Of a DNA stretch of 64,000 bases, positions 31,635 through 42,808 are shown one piece after another (the first letter of the stretch is position 1; each line of letters begins with the position of its first letter). Origin of the DNA: Rhodothermales bacterium (GTDB lineage Bacteria; Bacteroidota; Rhodothermia; Rhodothermales; Bin80); the NCBI GenBank assembly GCA_965215475.1, contig OZ244061.1, forward strand, positions 764,563-828,562, given 5' to 3'. The notes under the pieces were generated by a model, which was given only the letters and a program-made list of their open reading frames with translations, was not told where the DNA came from and did not search any database. The translations under genes and the position numbers were made by a program.

Positions 31635-33641
31635 ATGAAGATTGTTTCCTGCACTGCACTTCTCACTGTAGTATTCTTGTTCTCTGATGCTGCTGCCCAA
31701 GAGATTGTTGTGGCAGAAATTGATGGGAAAGCTCTCACGCTTCAAGAGTTTGAACAGGAATACGCAGAAACCATCGGTGGCCGGGCCGCTGCCATGGAAG
31801 ATTCTCTCGAGGAATATGTTGATTTCCTGGATCGATATGTGAATTTTCGTGGAAAACTGAAAGAAGCCCGAGCTGCTGGCTACTTTGAGGATGAAGATTT
31901 GCTTTCCGAAATTCATGTGTACCGATCCTCCTTTGCTAAACCCTTTCTCATTGATAGCGATATCTTGGAACCCGTGGTGCAAAATCTATTCGAAAGACGT
32001 AAGGAATTTGTACACGCCAGCCATATCATGACACAGATTCCCGGAGATACCCCATCTCCTGATGATACCCTCAGTGCGTGGAATAAAATTCTTGCGCTCC
32101 AGGATTCTCTCCATGTTGGTATCCCATTTGGGGACGTTGCGGAGAGGTACTCCGAAGATCCATCTGCAAGTAATTCTAACTCGATAAGAGGATATCGAGG
32201 TGATCTAGGATGGTTCACTGGGGGGCAAATGATTGAGCCCTTTGAAACTACCGCCTACAACATACCCATTGGAAGCGTATCAGATATCTTTCGCAGTTCC
32301 TTTGGATACCACATTCTTCATGTCCATGCCCGGGAGATCACCAAGCCGGACTATATCGCTTCACATATTATGGTTCAATTCCCAGGTTCTACGCCTGCTG
32401 ATTCCGCTCTTGCATTTGCCAAAATGGATACCATAAAAACTTTGATTGATCAAGGTATGGATTTTGGTGAAGTTGCCATGAATTATTCCGATGACCAGTC
32501 AAGTGCGCAATCTGGAGGCTCTTTAGGGGGAGCTATCGCATTCCGAAACCCGAACCTTGATCAAACCTTCCTTGAAGCCCTCTTTGATTTGGACACTCCC
32601 GGTCAGATATCCGCTGTCGTTGAGACACCTTTTGGCTTACATCTGATTAAATTAGATGATGTCTCATCCCTTCCAACATATGAACAATCCTATGACAGAC
32701 TGTCGCGAATGGCGCAGCAACTTCCCCGTTTCAAAGCCGCAGAGATGGAACTTGCCAAGTCATTGCGCGCGCTCTATACGAGTAAGGTTGACACACTGTT
32801 ATTGACTCGCTTCATCGGAGATGTACGCCCCGATTCTCTCCAAAACCACCTGCAAGTGTTGGCAGATCGTAACTCCAGTAGGGCAACCCCACTGATTACA
32901 TTGGAAGACTCGGTCTACACGCTGAACGAATTTATTATTTTTTCATCAACCCAATCTTACTCCAATGATTCTGAGTTGAACTCCATTGAACAGGTGCTAG
33001 AGAAAATAGAATCATTTCTTGATGATAAAGTCCTTTTCTATCATTCCTACGAGTTAGAAAAAACGAATGAGGAGTTCAAGAAAATCATGCAGGATTTCAA
33101 GGATGGATTGGCTATTTTTCAGATCATGGAAGACTCTGTTTGGACGGCTTCATCCCAGGATACATTGCGTCTGCTGAAACACTATGACGAACATGCGGAA
33201 CTCTATCAGTGGCCTGATAGGTATCGTCTCATTGAGATCTCTGGAGCATACAGATCCGATTCTCTTTTGACCGAAGCTACAAACCTTTTGAACCTAGGTG
33301 GAAGTTGGGAGGAGCTTCAGAATAAGATTGAAGAAGATTCAACATGGACCCTTCTCTTAGATACCGTTCTAGTCGCAGAAACAACCAATAGTGTCTATGA
33401 CAATGCGGTTGGCCTGGAGGTTGGAGAACATACAGACATCCTCTCTATCCGAAATCGGAAGCTCGTCTTGTACATGGACGGAGTAGAGCCTGCCAGGATA
33501 AAAACATTCAAAGAAGCCCAATCCGAGATTATCGCTAATATTCAATCTGAAATAGAACAGGAGTTCCATCAAAGACTACGTGAAAAATATCAAGTATCAA
33601 CCTTCCCCGACCGGCTTGAAGTGGCATTCCTGGACCAATGA
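31635..33641 (+). CDS. Periplasmic peptidyl-prolyl isomerase (two PpiC/parvulin domains)
   Basis: Signal peptide; ASHIM, YSEDPS, GDLGWF, FGYHIL; likely start at 31635. Confidence 0.9.
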   Translation: MKIVSCTALLTVVFLFSDAAAQEIVVAEIDGKALTLQEFEQEYAETIGGRAAAMEDSLEEYVDFLDRYVNFRGKLKEARAAGYFEDEDLLSEIHVYRSSFAKPFLIDSDILEPVVQNLFERRKEFVHASHIMTQIPGDTPSPDDTLSAWNKILALQDSLHVGIPFGDVAERYSEDPSASNSNSIRGYRGDLGWFTGGQMIEPFETTAYNIPIGSVSDIFRSSFGYHILHVHAREITKPDYIASHIMVQFPGSTPADSALAFAKMDTIKTLIDQGMDFGEVAMNYSDDQSSAQSGGSLGGAIAFRNPNLDQTFLEALFDLDTPGQISAVVETPFGLHLIKLDDVSSLPTYEQSYDRLSRMAQQLPRFKAAEMELAKSLRALYTSKVDTLLLTRFIGDVRPDSLQNHLQVLADRNSSRATPLITLEDSVYTLNEFIIFSSTQSYSNDSELNSIEQVLEKIESFLDDKVLFYHSYELEKTNEEFKKIMQDFKDGLAIFQIMEDSVWTASSQDTLRLLKHYDEHAELYQWPDRYRLIEISGAYRSDSLLTEATNLLNLGGSWEELQNKIEEDSTWTLLLDTVLVAETTNSVYDNAVGLEVGEHTDILSIRNRKLVLYMDGVEPARIKTFKEAQSEIIANIQSEIEQEFHQRLREKYQVSTFPDRLEVAFLDQ

Positions 33642-34483
33642 GAATTTGGTTGGGAGTCATTATTGCCTCGATATTGATTAGCATCACAGGCTGCCTACAA
33701 CCAGATTCATCTGAAGAATTTGTTGCTCGTGTAGGAGACACCTTCCTGTTGCAGTCAGATCTTGATGCCAGCCTTACCAACCTGGCTTCCAACCTTGATA
33801 CAGCACAAGTGCGTAGACAAATTATTGATCAATGGATTGATAACGAACTCCTCTATCAGGAAGCATTGCGACAGCGAGTCGCAAACCGAGAAGAGATCAA
33901 ACGTCGCATGAATGAAAGTGCTCGTGCCATCCTGATTGAAGGGTTAATCTCTGACTACCACTCGCAGGCGGATCTTGAGATTACCCCCGTTGATGTAGCC
34001 ACTTATTACGAAAACAATAAAGATCAACTTCGCTTTCAAGAATCCTTTGTACATATTCGCTATCTGAGCAACCCCAGCCAGGATTCACTGTTGCTGGCCA
34101 CCAAGTTGTTGAATCAGTCCGCGAATCCTGATTCAGAATTTGTCTCACTGATTCATCGCTTCAGTACATATCCTGCGGATGCGCTCGAGATGAATCAACA
34201 TTATATCCCTGAAGCCAGGCTATTCACCAATCAATTTGAACTCAGGAATTTGTTGAACGACACCGAAGTTAACCAATCACCCCAAATTCTACGGGGAGAT
34301 TCCCTTTATCATTTTCTTCAGGTCATTGGGCGTAACCCTGCTGGTACAGTTCCGAAATTAGCCTCGATAGAGACCTTCATTCGAGAGCAGCTTTCGATCA
34401 GATTCAGGAAACAGAATTATATGAGAAGCATTCAAGCACTGCGCGTAGAAGCCGAGTTTCGTGAAGACATTGAGATCCGGTGA
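33638..34483 (+). CDS. Putative lipoprotein, SurA/PPIase-related
   Basis: Lipobox-like ITGC; VARVGD..L, IDQWIDNELLYQEA; lies between two PPIase genes. Confidence 0.75.
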   Translation: MRIWLGVIIASILISITGCLQPDSSEEFVARVGDTFLLQSDLDASLTNLASNLDTAQVRRQIIDQWIDNELLYQEALRQRVANREEIKRRMNESARAILIEGLISDYHSQADLEITPVDVATYYENNKDQLRFQESFVHIRYLSNPSQDSLLLATKLLNQSANPDSEFVSLIHRFSTYPADALEMNQHYIPEARLFTNQFELRNLLNDTEVNQSPQILRGDSLYHFLQVIGRNPAGTVPKLASIETFIREQLSIRFRKQNYMRSIQALRVEAEFREDIEIR

Positions 34484-34576
34484 AGAAGTTGTTGATCAGG
34501 GCATTCGCAGTTTCTACCAATTCTTTCCTGCCATCCGTTCTAGCTGAAATCCAGGTATAAGCCCGTTCGCATTCAA

Positions 34577-35953
34577 ATGCCCAAATTCTCTTACATCTTC
34601 CGATCCTTCATACTTAGTGCCATCTTTCTGGCCCCGCATTCCTTCGTGCTAGCGCAAGAGGATGTGGTTGATGAAATTGTATCGATTGTAGGAGAAAATA
34701 AAATTATTCTACGCTCCGAGATTGATGGGCTTGTGCAAACCATCACACAACAGCAAGGAATCGAGTATGGTAATGAGCTCTGGTTCCAGACGCTACAACA
34801 ACTCATTGACCAAGGAGTACTTGCTGAGCATGCACGAAGAGACACGAACATTGTTATTACTGAAGATCAGGTGAATCAGTCGCTGGACCAACGCATCCAA
34901 CTCATGTCGCAGCAACTGGGCGGCGAAGCGAAACTCGTCGAGATCTACGGTAAGAGTCTGGTTCAAATCCGGGCGGATCTCCGTGACGAAATACGAGATC
35001 GACTCTTAGCCGAACAATTCCAAATCTCAAAGTTTCGTAACCTGAAAATCACTCCCACCGAGGTACGGGAATGGTTTGATCAATTCCCTACTGATTCTCT
35101 TCCCATACTCCCTGCTATCGTACGTGTCTCTCATATTGTAAAGTACCCTGAACTTCTTCCTGAAGCAACCGAGGAAGCTCTTGAAATTATCACCTCTATT
35201 CGGGATTCCATCACGACTGGGGTGAGCACGCTTGAGAGCTTAGCCCGCCGCTATTCCGAAGATACAGGCTCGATTCAGACTGGAGGAAGATATCAAGATA
35301 TGGCATTGGGGGATCTGGTTCCTGAATTCGCGGCGATTGCGGCCCGCATTGAGCCAGGGGAATTATCCCAGCCATTCCAGAGCCCCTTTGGGTATCATAT
35401 CCTTCGAGTAAATGAGCGCGTTGGAGATGTCATAGATTTTAGTCATATCCTCATAAATATTGATCGATCTCGCGCCGATCCTTCCAAAGCGATTAAAGAA
35501 CTTGAAGTGATTCGAGACTCCATCCTGACGTACAACCTTCCGTTTGAACTCATGGCAAGACGTCACTCGGAAGAGGAGTCGTCCTCGGAGATTGGAGGCC
35601 GTGTGACTGACCCAAATTCTGGAGAGCGAGATCTTTTTGTTGATGCCCTAGGGCCGGATTGGAAGGCCACCACAGATACGCTCGAAATTGGAGAAATGAG
35701 CCAACCTGCCGAGGTGACCCTCTTGGATGGGAATATTGCCTGGCATCTGGTCCTGCTCCAGCGCAAGGTACCTGCCCATCGGATCAATATTGAAACCGAC
35801 TATTCTCGTATTCAAATCCTGGCTCTGGACAATAAACGAACGCAAGAAATGCGACGCTGGTTGGACTTACTCCGGGAAGATGTGTTCGTTGAACTTCTGG
35901 GAAAAGCACTCACCCTACAACCATCCTCCGAACGTGCTTCAGCCAGTTACTGA
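34577..35953 (+). CDS. surA: SurA-like chaperone/PPIase
   Basis: VDEIVSIVG..IILRSEI N-domain; LVPEFA, FGYHIL. Confidence 0.85.
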   Translation: MPKFSYIFRSFILSAIFLAPHSFVLAQEDVVDEIVSIVGENKIILRSEIDGLVQTITQQQGIEYGNELWFQTLQQLIDQGVLAEHARRDTNIVITEDQVNQSLDQRIQLMSQQLGGEAKLVEIYGKSLVQIRADLRDEIRDRLLAEQFQISKFRNLKITPTEVREWFDQFPTDSLPILPAIVRVSHIVKYPELLPEATEEALEIITSIRDSITTGVSTLESLARRYSEDTGSIQTGGRYQDMALGDLVPEFAAIAARIEPGELSQPFQSPFGYHILRVNERVGDVIDFSHILINIDRSRADPSKAIKELEVIRDSILTYNLPFELMARRHSEEESSSEIGGRVTDPNSGERDLFVDALGPDWKATTDTLEIGEMSQPAEVTLLDGNIAWHLVLLQRKVPAHRINIETDYSRIQILALDNKRTQEMRRWLDLLREDVFVELLGKALTLQPSSERASASY

Positions 35954-35957
35954 CATC

Positions 35958-36980
35958 ATGCCGGACGCACAAAAGATGGAAGGATCACCTGCTGAAGACC
36001 TCTTCCCTGCCCTTGCCGAAGCTCTACCTCCGGCATGTAAACGCCTTGAGAAAGAAATCTCCAAAATTATTATTGGTCAAAAAGAGATTATTCGCAATAT
36101 CCTGGTATGCCTTTTAGCCCAGGGGCATGTTTTATTGATTGGAGTGCCTGGCCTCGCAAAGACCCTTCTCATTCGCACCTTGGCGGATGCTTTGGCCCTA
36201 AATTTTACCCGAATTCAGTTCACTCCTGATCTAATGCCCGGCGATATTACGGGTACGGAGATCATTGAAGAAGATAAACGAACCGGTGGGAGGGCATTTA
36301 AATTTGTCAAGGGCCCCATCTTTGCCAATGTTGTACTTGCAGATGAGATCAACCGAACGCCTCCTAAAACCCAAGCGGCACTCTTGGAAGCGATGCAAGA
36401 GCACCGCGTGACCGCGGGCGGGAATACGTTTGCTCTGGAAGAACCATTTTTCGTACTTGCCACACAGAATCCCATTGAACAAGAGGGAACGTATCCTCTT
36501 CCCGAAGCGCAACTAGATCGGTTCATGCTCAATCTATGGCTGGATTATCCCTCTCTCGAGCAAGAGGTTGAAGTTGTACGCTCAACTACCGCCGGCCAGA
36601 CCGGCATGGTTCAACCTGCAATGTCCAGAAATGAACTTCTTGATTATCAAAAACTGGTTCGCCATCTGCCTGCAGCCAATAATGTTATTGAGTATGCGGT
36701 TCGTCTTACGGCTAGTACACGCCCCAATCGTGATGGCGTGCCCGATTTTGTGAACGAATATATCGCTTATGGAGCAGGGCCACGTGCCTCGCAGTATTTA
36801 ATCCTCGGCGCCAAGGCACTTGCTGCCATTGATGGACGATACACTCCCCTGATTGATGATGTTCAATCCCTTGCTACAGCGATCCTTCGCCACCGCATTA
36901 TCGCTAATTTCAATGCGGAAGCCGATGGAATCACGGTGACCGATCTGATTGAACGAATCCTTGACAAGATTCCTACGTAA
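35958..36980 (+). CDS. moxR: MoxR family AAA+ ATPase
   Basis: GVPGLAKT, RIQFTPDLMP, ADEINRTPPKTQ, ATQNPIEQEGTYPLPEAQLDRF; likely start at 35958. Confidence 0.95.
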   Translation: MPDAQKMEGSPAEDLFPALAEALPPACKRLEKEISKIIIGQKEIIRNILVCLLAQGHVLLIGVPGLAKTLLIRTLADALALNFTRIQFTPDLMPGDITGTEIIEEDKRTGGRAFKFVKGPIFANVVLADEINRTPPKTQAALLEAMQEHRVTAGGNTFALEEPFFVLATQNPIEQEGTYPLPEAQLDRFMLNLWLDYPSLEQEVEVVRSTTAGQTGMVQPAMSRNELLDYQKLVRHLPAANNVIEYAVRLTASTRPNRDGVPDFVNEYIAYGAGPRASQYLILGAKALAAIDGRYTPLIDDVQSLATAILRHRIIANFNAEADGITVTDLIERILDKIPT

Positions 36981-37034
36981 TCCGACGGATCAACTTGGGG
37001 AAATCCTCTGGGATCATAGATCACCGCAAGCCTG

Positions 37035-38027
37035 GTGGCTGCATCCAGTCAGTCATCAAGTCATCAACTACGGGCAATCAAACTCGAGACCGTGAACCAT
37101 CTTACTGCTTCGCTCGCGAAACTTTTCCGTTCGTTCTCATGGTTTTCCATCGGGTTGAGGTACATGATCCTGTCGGTCTTCTTCTTCAGCCTGATGTCAT
37201 TGCTGGCAAAGCTGATCTCTTCGACGATTCCAGTAGGACAGATTGTTCTGATCCGAGGGGTCATCGGAAGTGTTCTGGCTTACTGGGGAATCCGTGCTGT
37301 TGGAGTTCCCGCTCTTGGGGTTCATAAAAAGCTATTGGTTTTTAGAGGGGTAGCCGGGTTTGGATCTTTGATGTGCTTCTTCTGGACTCTGATCAATCTC
37401 CCCTTGGCCGAAGCAACCATACTCTTTTATTTATCTCCTTGTATTGCTGCAATCCTGGCCGCTCTGATCCTGCGCGAATCTCTTTCTATCGGGATGGGAA
37501 TTGGCATTTTGGTTTGCATCTTGGGCGTGTTTTTTATCATCCAACCGGAGTTTCTTTTTCGTGTACAGCGAGTACATCTACCTTCAATCGGTGTGGGAAT
37601 CTTGGGAGCCGTTCTGGCTGCTCTTGCATTCATCTCTGTACGCAAACTCCGTAAGACCGATCATACCTTGGTTATTATCTATTATTTCTCGTTCGTATCT
37701 GCAATCGCAGCGATTCCTTTCGTTGCGACTCATCATGTAATTCCATCTCTTACAGAGTGGCTGATTCTGATTGGGGTTGGGGTCTTCAGTCACACGGCAC
37801 AGATTTTTCTCACACGTAGCTTGCATCGTGAGCAAACTACTCGGGCCATGGGGATGAGTTACGTTCAAGTTTTGTTCGCGGTCACCTGGGGAATCCTCAT
37901 TTTCGGAGATTTCCCCAACCTCCTATCTTTGATGGGAATGCTCCTCGTTGCTGGCGGTAGTGTCATTACGGCTCAGCGCCGATCGGTTACACATCCAAAT
38001 CTTCAGCCTTCCGGGCATTCTCTGTAA
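37035..38027 (+). CDS. DMT/EamA family transporter
   Basis: ~10 TM helices, LLVFRG, ILRE; true start may be downstream. Confidence 0.85.
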   Translation: MAASSQSSSHQLRAIKLETVNHLTASLAKLFRSFSWFSIGLRYMILSVFFFSLMSLLAKLISSTIPVGQIVLIRGVIGSVLAYWGIRAVGVPALGVHKKLLVFRGVAGFGSLMCFFWTLINLPLAEATILFYLSPCIAAILAALILRESLSIGMGIGILVCILGVFFIIQPEFLFRVQRVHLPSIGVGILGAVLAALAFISVRKLRKTDHTLVIIYYFSFVSAIAAIPFVATHHVIPSLTEWLILIGVGVFSHTAQIFLTRSLHREQTTRAMGMSYVQVLFAVTWGILIFGDFPNLLSLMGMLLVAGGSVITAQRRSVTHPNLQPSGHSL

Positions 38028-39909
38028 TGAAACGGTAACGAACGGATGAATCCCGCCCCATTAATCCAGAGATCGTCGTTTCCGCAAGGGTTTTTTCGGG
38101 GATCGTAACTTGCAGGATTCGGCGCCGAGCGGGATCCAGAGTGGTTTCTTTCAGTGTCTGTGGCATCATTTCTCCGAGTCCCTTGAAGCGTTGAACCTCA
38201 ATCTTGATCTTGGAATTTTTGCGCCGTAGGCGCTGTTCAATCCGACTTTTTTCCTCTTCATCCAGAGCCCAGTACGTCTTTTTGCCCGCATCCAGTCTAT
38301 AGAGTGGCGGCTCGGCAATATAGATGTGTCCACGATCAATCAAGGCACGCATATGGCGATAAAAGAACGTGAGCATGAGTGTGGCAATATGGTGCCCATC
38401 CGAATCTGCATCCATTAACAGGATCACCTTGTGGTACCGCAACTTTTCGGGCTCCAGGTTGGCTCCCATTCCGCAGCCTAGTGCTTGAACTACATTCGAT
38501 AACTCGGCATTATTGCGCAGCTTTTGGATGCTTGCCTGCTCCGCATTGAGTACTTTTCCACGCAGCGGCAAAACCGCTTGTGTTTTTCGATCTCTTCCCT
38601 GCTTTGCCGAACCACCCGCTGAGTCTCCCTCTACAATGAACAGTTCTCCCACCGCAGGATCCATGGACGAGCAGTCTGCTAACTTACCCGGAAGTGTGAG
38701 CCGCCTTCGCTGACGAGCCTTGGAGCGAGCCGATCTCGCGGCGGCCCGGCTTGCCTGTCGAGCCCTAGCTGCCTGGAGCACACGTGCACCAATGGCATCA
38801 CTCGCCGATGGATGGGAATTCAAAAACTGCTCCAGAGCAATCCGAACCGTACCACTCACCAAAGAACGTGCAGAAGGGTTATTCAACTTCTCCTTGGTCT
38901 GCCCCTGAAATTGTGGTTCGGCCATGAACATGTTGATCACAGCAAAGAGTCCTTCACGTATATCTTCGGACGTCACCTCTACCCCACGGGGGGTTGCATT
39001 ATGCGTGTCCATCCAGGAACGAACGGCCGCTCTGACTGCATCTTTGTACCCCTGTTCGTGTGTGCCCCCATGATTCGTAGGAATACCATTGACATACGAT
39101 TTCACACATTCGCGTGTTGCTTCGGTCCATTGGAGGGCCACCTCTAAACGGACCGCATTTTCGAAGGCATCCTGTTGAATGGAAAATACTTCTGGATGCA
39201 CTGCAGATACACGCTCATTTTGGATCAAATACCCCAGAAAATCAATAATTCCTCCCTCATGAATGAACTCCACCTCTTCCCCCTTGCTTTCATCTTTGAA
39301 TATGATTCGCAGTCCACGATTCAAATAGGTTTTAATCTCTAACTGCTCCCGGATTTTACTCGCATCAAAAACGACGGAATCAAAAATTTCCGGATCCGGC
39401 GCAAAGTATATGCTTGTGCCGGTTAATCGCGTTCGCTTATCTAGATCGACTAATTTACTGACCGGAAGTCCGCGCTCGAATCTCTGTTCATAGGTCGTTC
39501 CTCCTCGCCTGACTCGGGCAACCAATTCTTGGGACAGTGCATTCACCACAGATGCCCCTACTCCATGTAACCCGCCAGAGGTTACATACTGATCTCCCTC
39601 AAATTTCCCCCCCGAATGCAGGGTCGTCAGAATCACTTCGAGAGCAGGAATTTTTTTCTGAGGATGGGGATCCACCGGAATTCCACGCCCATTATCCTCG
39701 ACTGTAACACTCGACGCATCCTTGTGAAGTGTAACTTCAATACGATCCGCATGCCCATTGACCGCTTCATCAACACCATTGTCTATAATTTCCCAGAGAA
39801 GGTGATGAAGCCCGGGTTTTCCTGTACCTCCAATGTACATGCCGGGGCGTTTGCGTACGGCCTCCAAACCTTCCAATACAATAATATCCGCTCCCGAATA
39901 TGAACTCAT
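37987..39909 (-). CDS. parE: Type IIA topoisomerase subunit B (probably topoisomerase IV)
   Basis: [46 protein letters not shown]. Confidence 0.88.
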   Translation of the reverse strand: MSSYSGADIIVLEGLEAVRKRPGMYIGGTGKPGLHHLLWEIIDNGVDEAVNGHADRIEVTLHKDASSVTVEDNGRGIPVDPHPQKKIPALEVILTTLHSGGKFEGDQYVTSGGLHGVGASVVNALSQELVARVRRGGTTYEQRFERGLPVSKLVDLDKRTRLTGTSIYFAPDPEIFDSVVFDASKIREQLEIKTYLNRGLRIIFKDESKGEEVEFIHEGGIIDFLGYLIQNERVSAVHPEVFSIQQDAFENAVRLEVALQWTEATRECVKSYVNGIPTNHGGTHEQGYKDAVRAAVRSWMDTHNATPRGVEVTSEDIREGLFAVINMFMAEPQFQGQTKEKLNNPSARSLVSGTVRIALEQFLNSHPSASDAIGARVLQAARARQASRAAARSARSKARQRRRLTLPGKLADCSSMDPAVGELFIVEGDSAGGSAKQGRDRKTQAVLPLRGKVLNAEQASIQKLRNNAELSNVVQALGCGMGANLEPEKLRYHKVILLMDADSDGHHIATLMLTFFYRHMRALIDRGHIYIAEPPLYRLDAGKKTYWALDEEEKSRIEQRLRRKNSKIKIEVQRFKGLGEMMPQTLKETTLDPARRRILQVTIPEKTLAETTISGLMGRDSSVRYRFITENARKAEDLDV

Positions 39910-42227
39910 GGTAAGGGGATTTCATTCGGTTCGGCCGCGCAGGCAACCAACTCTCCTCGCTGGATGACTTTGCGCCCTTTACCACCTCTGCGGGTGACTT
40001 CATACTTGGTTCGACGAATAATTTCCTTCCTTCCACGAGGTGTTTCAACGGCAACTCCCTCACGCATTTGCGAACTCACATTCGCTCCTATCAGAGTATC
40101 ATCTGCGTGGACTCGCATGCCAATTACCCCCTTCCCTGGTCCATGAATCAAGGGGATCTCCTCGGTTGAAAAAATGATGGCATGCCCTTTTTGGGAGACT
40201 AGGATGACTGATTCATCTCCGGCTGCGGGCCATACCCCAAAAACTTCACTTCCCTCACTCAATCGTACGGACTGCCTGCCCTTTCGTGTAGAAATACCGG
40301 AAAATAGTTGAAGCGGCTGCCGGAGTACCATTCCCTTGGAGGTCACCGCTACAATATACCCTAAATCAGGGATATCCTCCTTCTCGGACGAATTATTTGT
40401 TTGCAATACTCTGGAATCACAGGGGATCACTCCAACAACTCGCTCCTTATCCTTGAAATCAAACAACTTCTGTAATGGGATCCCATGACCCGTCGTACTC
40501 ATAATATCGTTCACTCGAATCGTATAGGCTTTTCCAAAATTTGTCCATACAACAATCGTATAGCGTGTTCCTGTTCCCAATGCCCATCCGACCTCATCTC
40601 CTTCCCGAACCCGAATTGATTGAATCTCGGTATAGGATCCCTGTCGCTTGATCCAACCTGCGCGTGTCACGATCACGACCGTATCTTCATCCAATATAAA
40701 ATCTTCTTCGGAATACTCATAAAGTCCTTCATCCCCTTTAGCAAGGGTCGTCCGCCGTTCGGTCGAAAACTTCTGTTTCACTTGCTTCAATTCATTGCAA
40801 ACCAGCCTCCATCGTGATAACTTGTCCGCCAATAAATCACGGATCTCTTCGGCCCGAATCTTTTTATCTTTGAGTTCCTCCCGTACGGCATCAATCTCGA
40901 GTTGAGAAAGCTTATAGAGCCTTGTTTCGAGAATCGCATTCGCTTGAAGTTCGGACAGAATAAATCGATGCCGTAAACGCTGAGCCCCATCTGACTTATT
41001 CCTTGAAGCCCGGATAATCTTGATTGCCTCATCCAGTTCATCAAAGATGATGTCAAAGCCATCCAGAATATGAATCCTCTCTTCCAACTGCTGCAACTCA
41101 TACCGCAACCTTTGTGTAACCACCTCAAGACGAAAGTGCAAGAAATGCTCTAAGGCTTCCTGTAGATTCACCCGCTTTGGTTCACAAATCTGAGGGTTCG
41201 TCGTTGGCAGTAGGCACGTCAGATTTACGTTGAATCTGGACTCTAATGGTGTGTATTTGTATAGATATCCCATAGCTGCCTCTACATTTGCTCCACGCTT
41301 CAGGTCCATCACAATCCGAATATCATCCGTGGATTCATCTCGAATATCCACCAGTTGTGGGATTTTTCCGTCTCCGATATGATTGGCAATTTTCTCAACT
41401 AGATCACTCTTGTTGACCGCATACGGAATGGACGTGATCACGATCTTTGACTTCTGCTCAACCTGATATGTCCCTTGAAGAATGATCACTCCTTCCCCTT
41501 TCTTATAGATCTGAAGCAATTCCTCCTTGGAGTTCATCATTCGGCCACCCGTAGGGAAGTCCGGGCCAAGAATGTGACGATCCAGTAAACGTTTGAGTGC
41601 GTTTGCAGGCCAAGTGTGTTCGGATCGACGAAGTAGTGACTCTGCCATATAAATGGCCCCACTCAATACCTCACCAAGGTTATGAGGAGGAATGTTGGTG
41701 GCCATTCCAACTGCAATACCGGTCGCGCCATTGACCAATAGATTCGGAATACGCGCAGGCAATACGACCGGCTCTGATAAGGTTGCGTCAAAGTTTGGCC
41801 TGAATGGGACGGTATCCTGACGGAGCTCTTCCAAAAAGGTCATCGCAAGAGGCTGCAATTTGGCCTCTGTGTACCGCATCGCAGCAGGCCGATCCCCGTC
41901 TATGGATCCGAAATTTCCATGCCCATCCACTAATGGATCACGCAGGGAAAAATCCTGTGCCATCCGTGCCATTGCATCATAGATTGCACTGTCTCCATGC
42001 GGATGATATTTGCCCATCGTGTCCCCAACGATAGTGGCACTCTTTCGATATCTTGCATCGGGGTATAGGCGGAGACCTGCAAACATGGAATACAAAATCC
42101 GGCGCTGCACCGGCTTTAATCCATCTCGAATATCTGGAAGTGCTCGGCTAGTAATCACCGACAGCGCATAATTCAGATATCTCGCATTTGCAAGCTCATG
42201 AAGTGGAGCCGTTTTTCTGTGGTCCAT
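39906..42227 (-). CDS. parC: Type IIA topoisomerase subunit A (probably topoisomerase IV)
   Basis: [29 protein letters not shown]; short C-terminal domain without a canonical GyrA box. Confidence 0.88.
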   Translation of the reverse strand: MDHRKTAPLHELANARYLNYALSVITSRALPDIRDGLKPVQRRILYSMFAGLRLYPDARYRKSATIVGDTMGKYHPHGDSAIYDAMARMAQDFSLRDPLVDGHGNFGSIDGDRPAAMRYTEAKLQPLAMTFLEELRQDTVPFRPNFDATLSEPVVLPARIPNLLVNGATGIAVGMATNIPPHNLGEVLSGAIYMAESLLRRSEHTWPANALKRLLDRHILGPDFPTGGRMMNSKEELLQIYKKGEGVIILQGTYQVEQKSKIVITSIPYAVNKSDLVEKIANHIGDGKIPQLVDIRDESTDDIRIVMDLKRGANVEAAMGYLYKYTPLESRFNVNLTCLLPTTNPQICEPKRVNLQEALEHFLHFRLEVVTQRLRYELQQLEERIHILDGFDIIFDELDEAIKIIRASRNKSDGAQRLRHRFILSELQANAILETRLYKLSQLEIDAVREELKDKKIRAEEIRDLLADKLSRWRLVCNELKQVKQKFSTERRTTLAKGDEGLYEYSEEDFILDEDTVVIVTRAGWIKRQGSYTEIQSIRVREGDEVGWALGTGTRYTIVVWTNFGKAYTIRVNDIMSTTGHGIPLQKLFDFKDKERVVGVIPCDSRVLQTNNSSEKEDIPDLGYIVAVTSKGMVLRQPLQLFSGISTRKGRQSVRLSEGSEVFGVWPAAGDESVILVSQKGHAIIFSTEEIPLIHGPGKGVIGMRVHADDTLIGANVSSQMREGVAVETPRGRKEIIRRTKYEVTRRGGKGRKVIQRGELVACAAEPNEIPLP

Positions 42228-42808
42228 CCCTCAGTACAAATCAGATTGATTCCATGAAAATACTACCAAAATCCTCATTTTCATTTGATTATTGCTACAA
42301 TCCTGAAAAGATGATTTTCTATCACTGTCGATGAGAACTTGTTGCACTGACACGATCTCAAGTTATTTTGAATCATTTTGGAACTTGCGGATTATTTTAA
42401 GGAGAGGAATTTCATAGAAGAATAGAGGAGATGTACACATTGAACCGATCTTCGAGAAACTTACTCTATATCTGCCCCTATTTGGCAAATTCAGAAAATT
42501 TTTGGAGAATTCCATCAACAAGGAATGATCCCATGAGAATTGGACTACTCCTGTATACAAATGCACCTTGATTTTCGATTGCATTTACCACTAAAGATAC
42601 TCAAAGGACTTGATCTACGACCTGAACAAAGCCGAATCATACATATTCGGACAGGTCCATATGCTGTATGGCTTGTGATAAACGAAAGTGCCAATGCTTT
42701 TCTTCTGCTCTGGCTGAGTGTACTCGAATCGAGTCGCCCACTGGAGGAATTCAATTCTATTGCCTAATTTATGAGGAAATTGGATTACTCTATTGATCCA
42801 TCGAATAC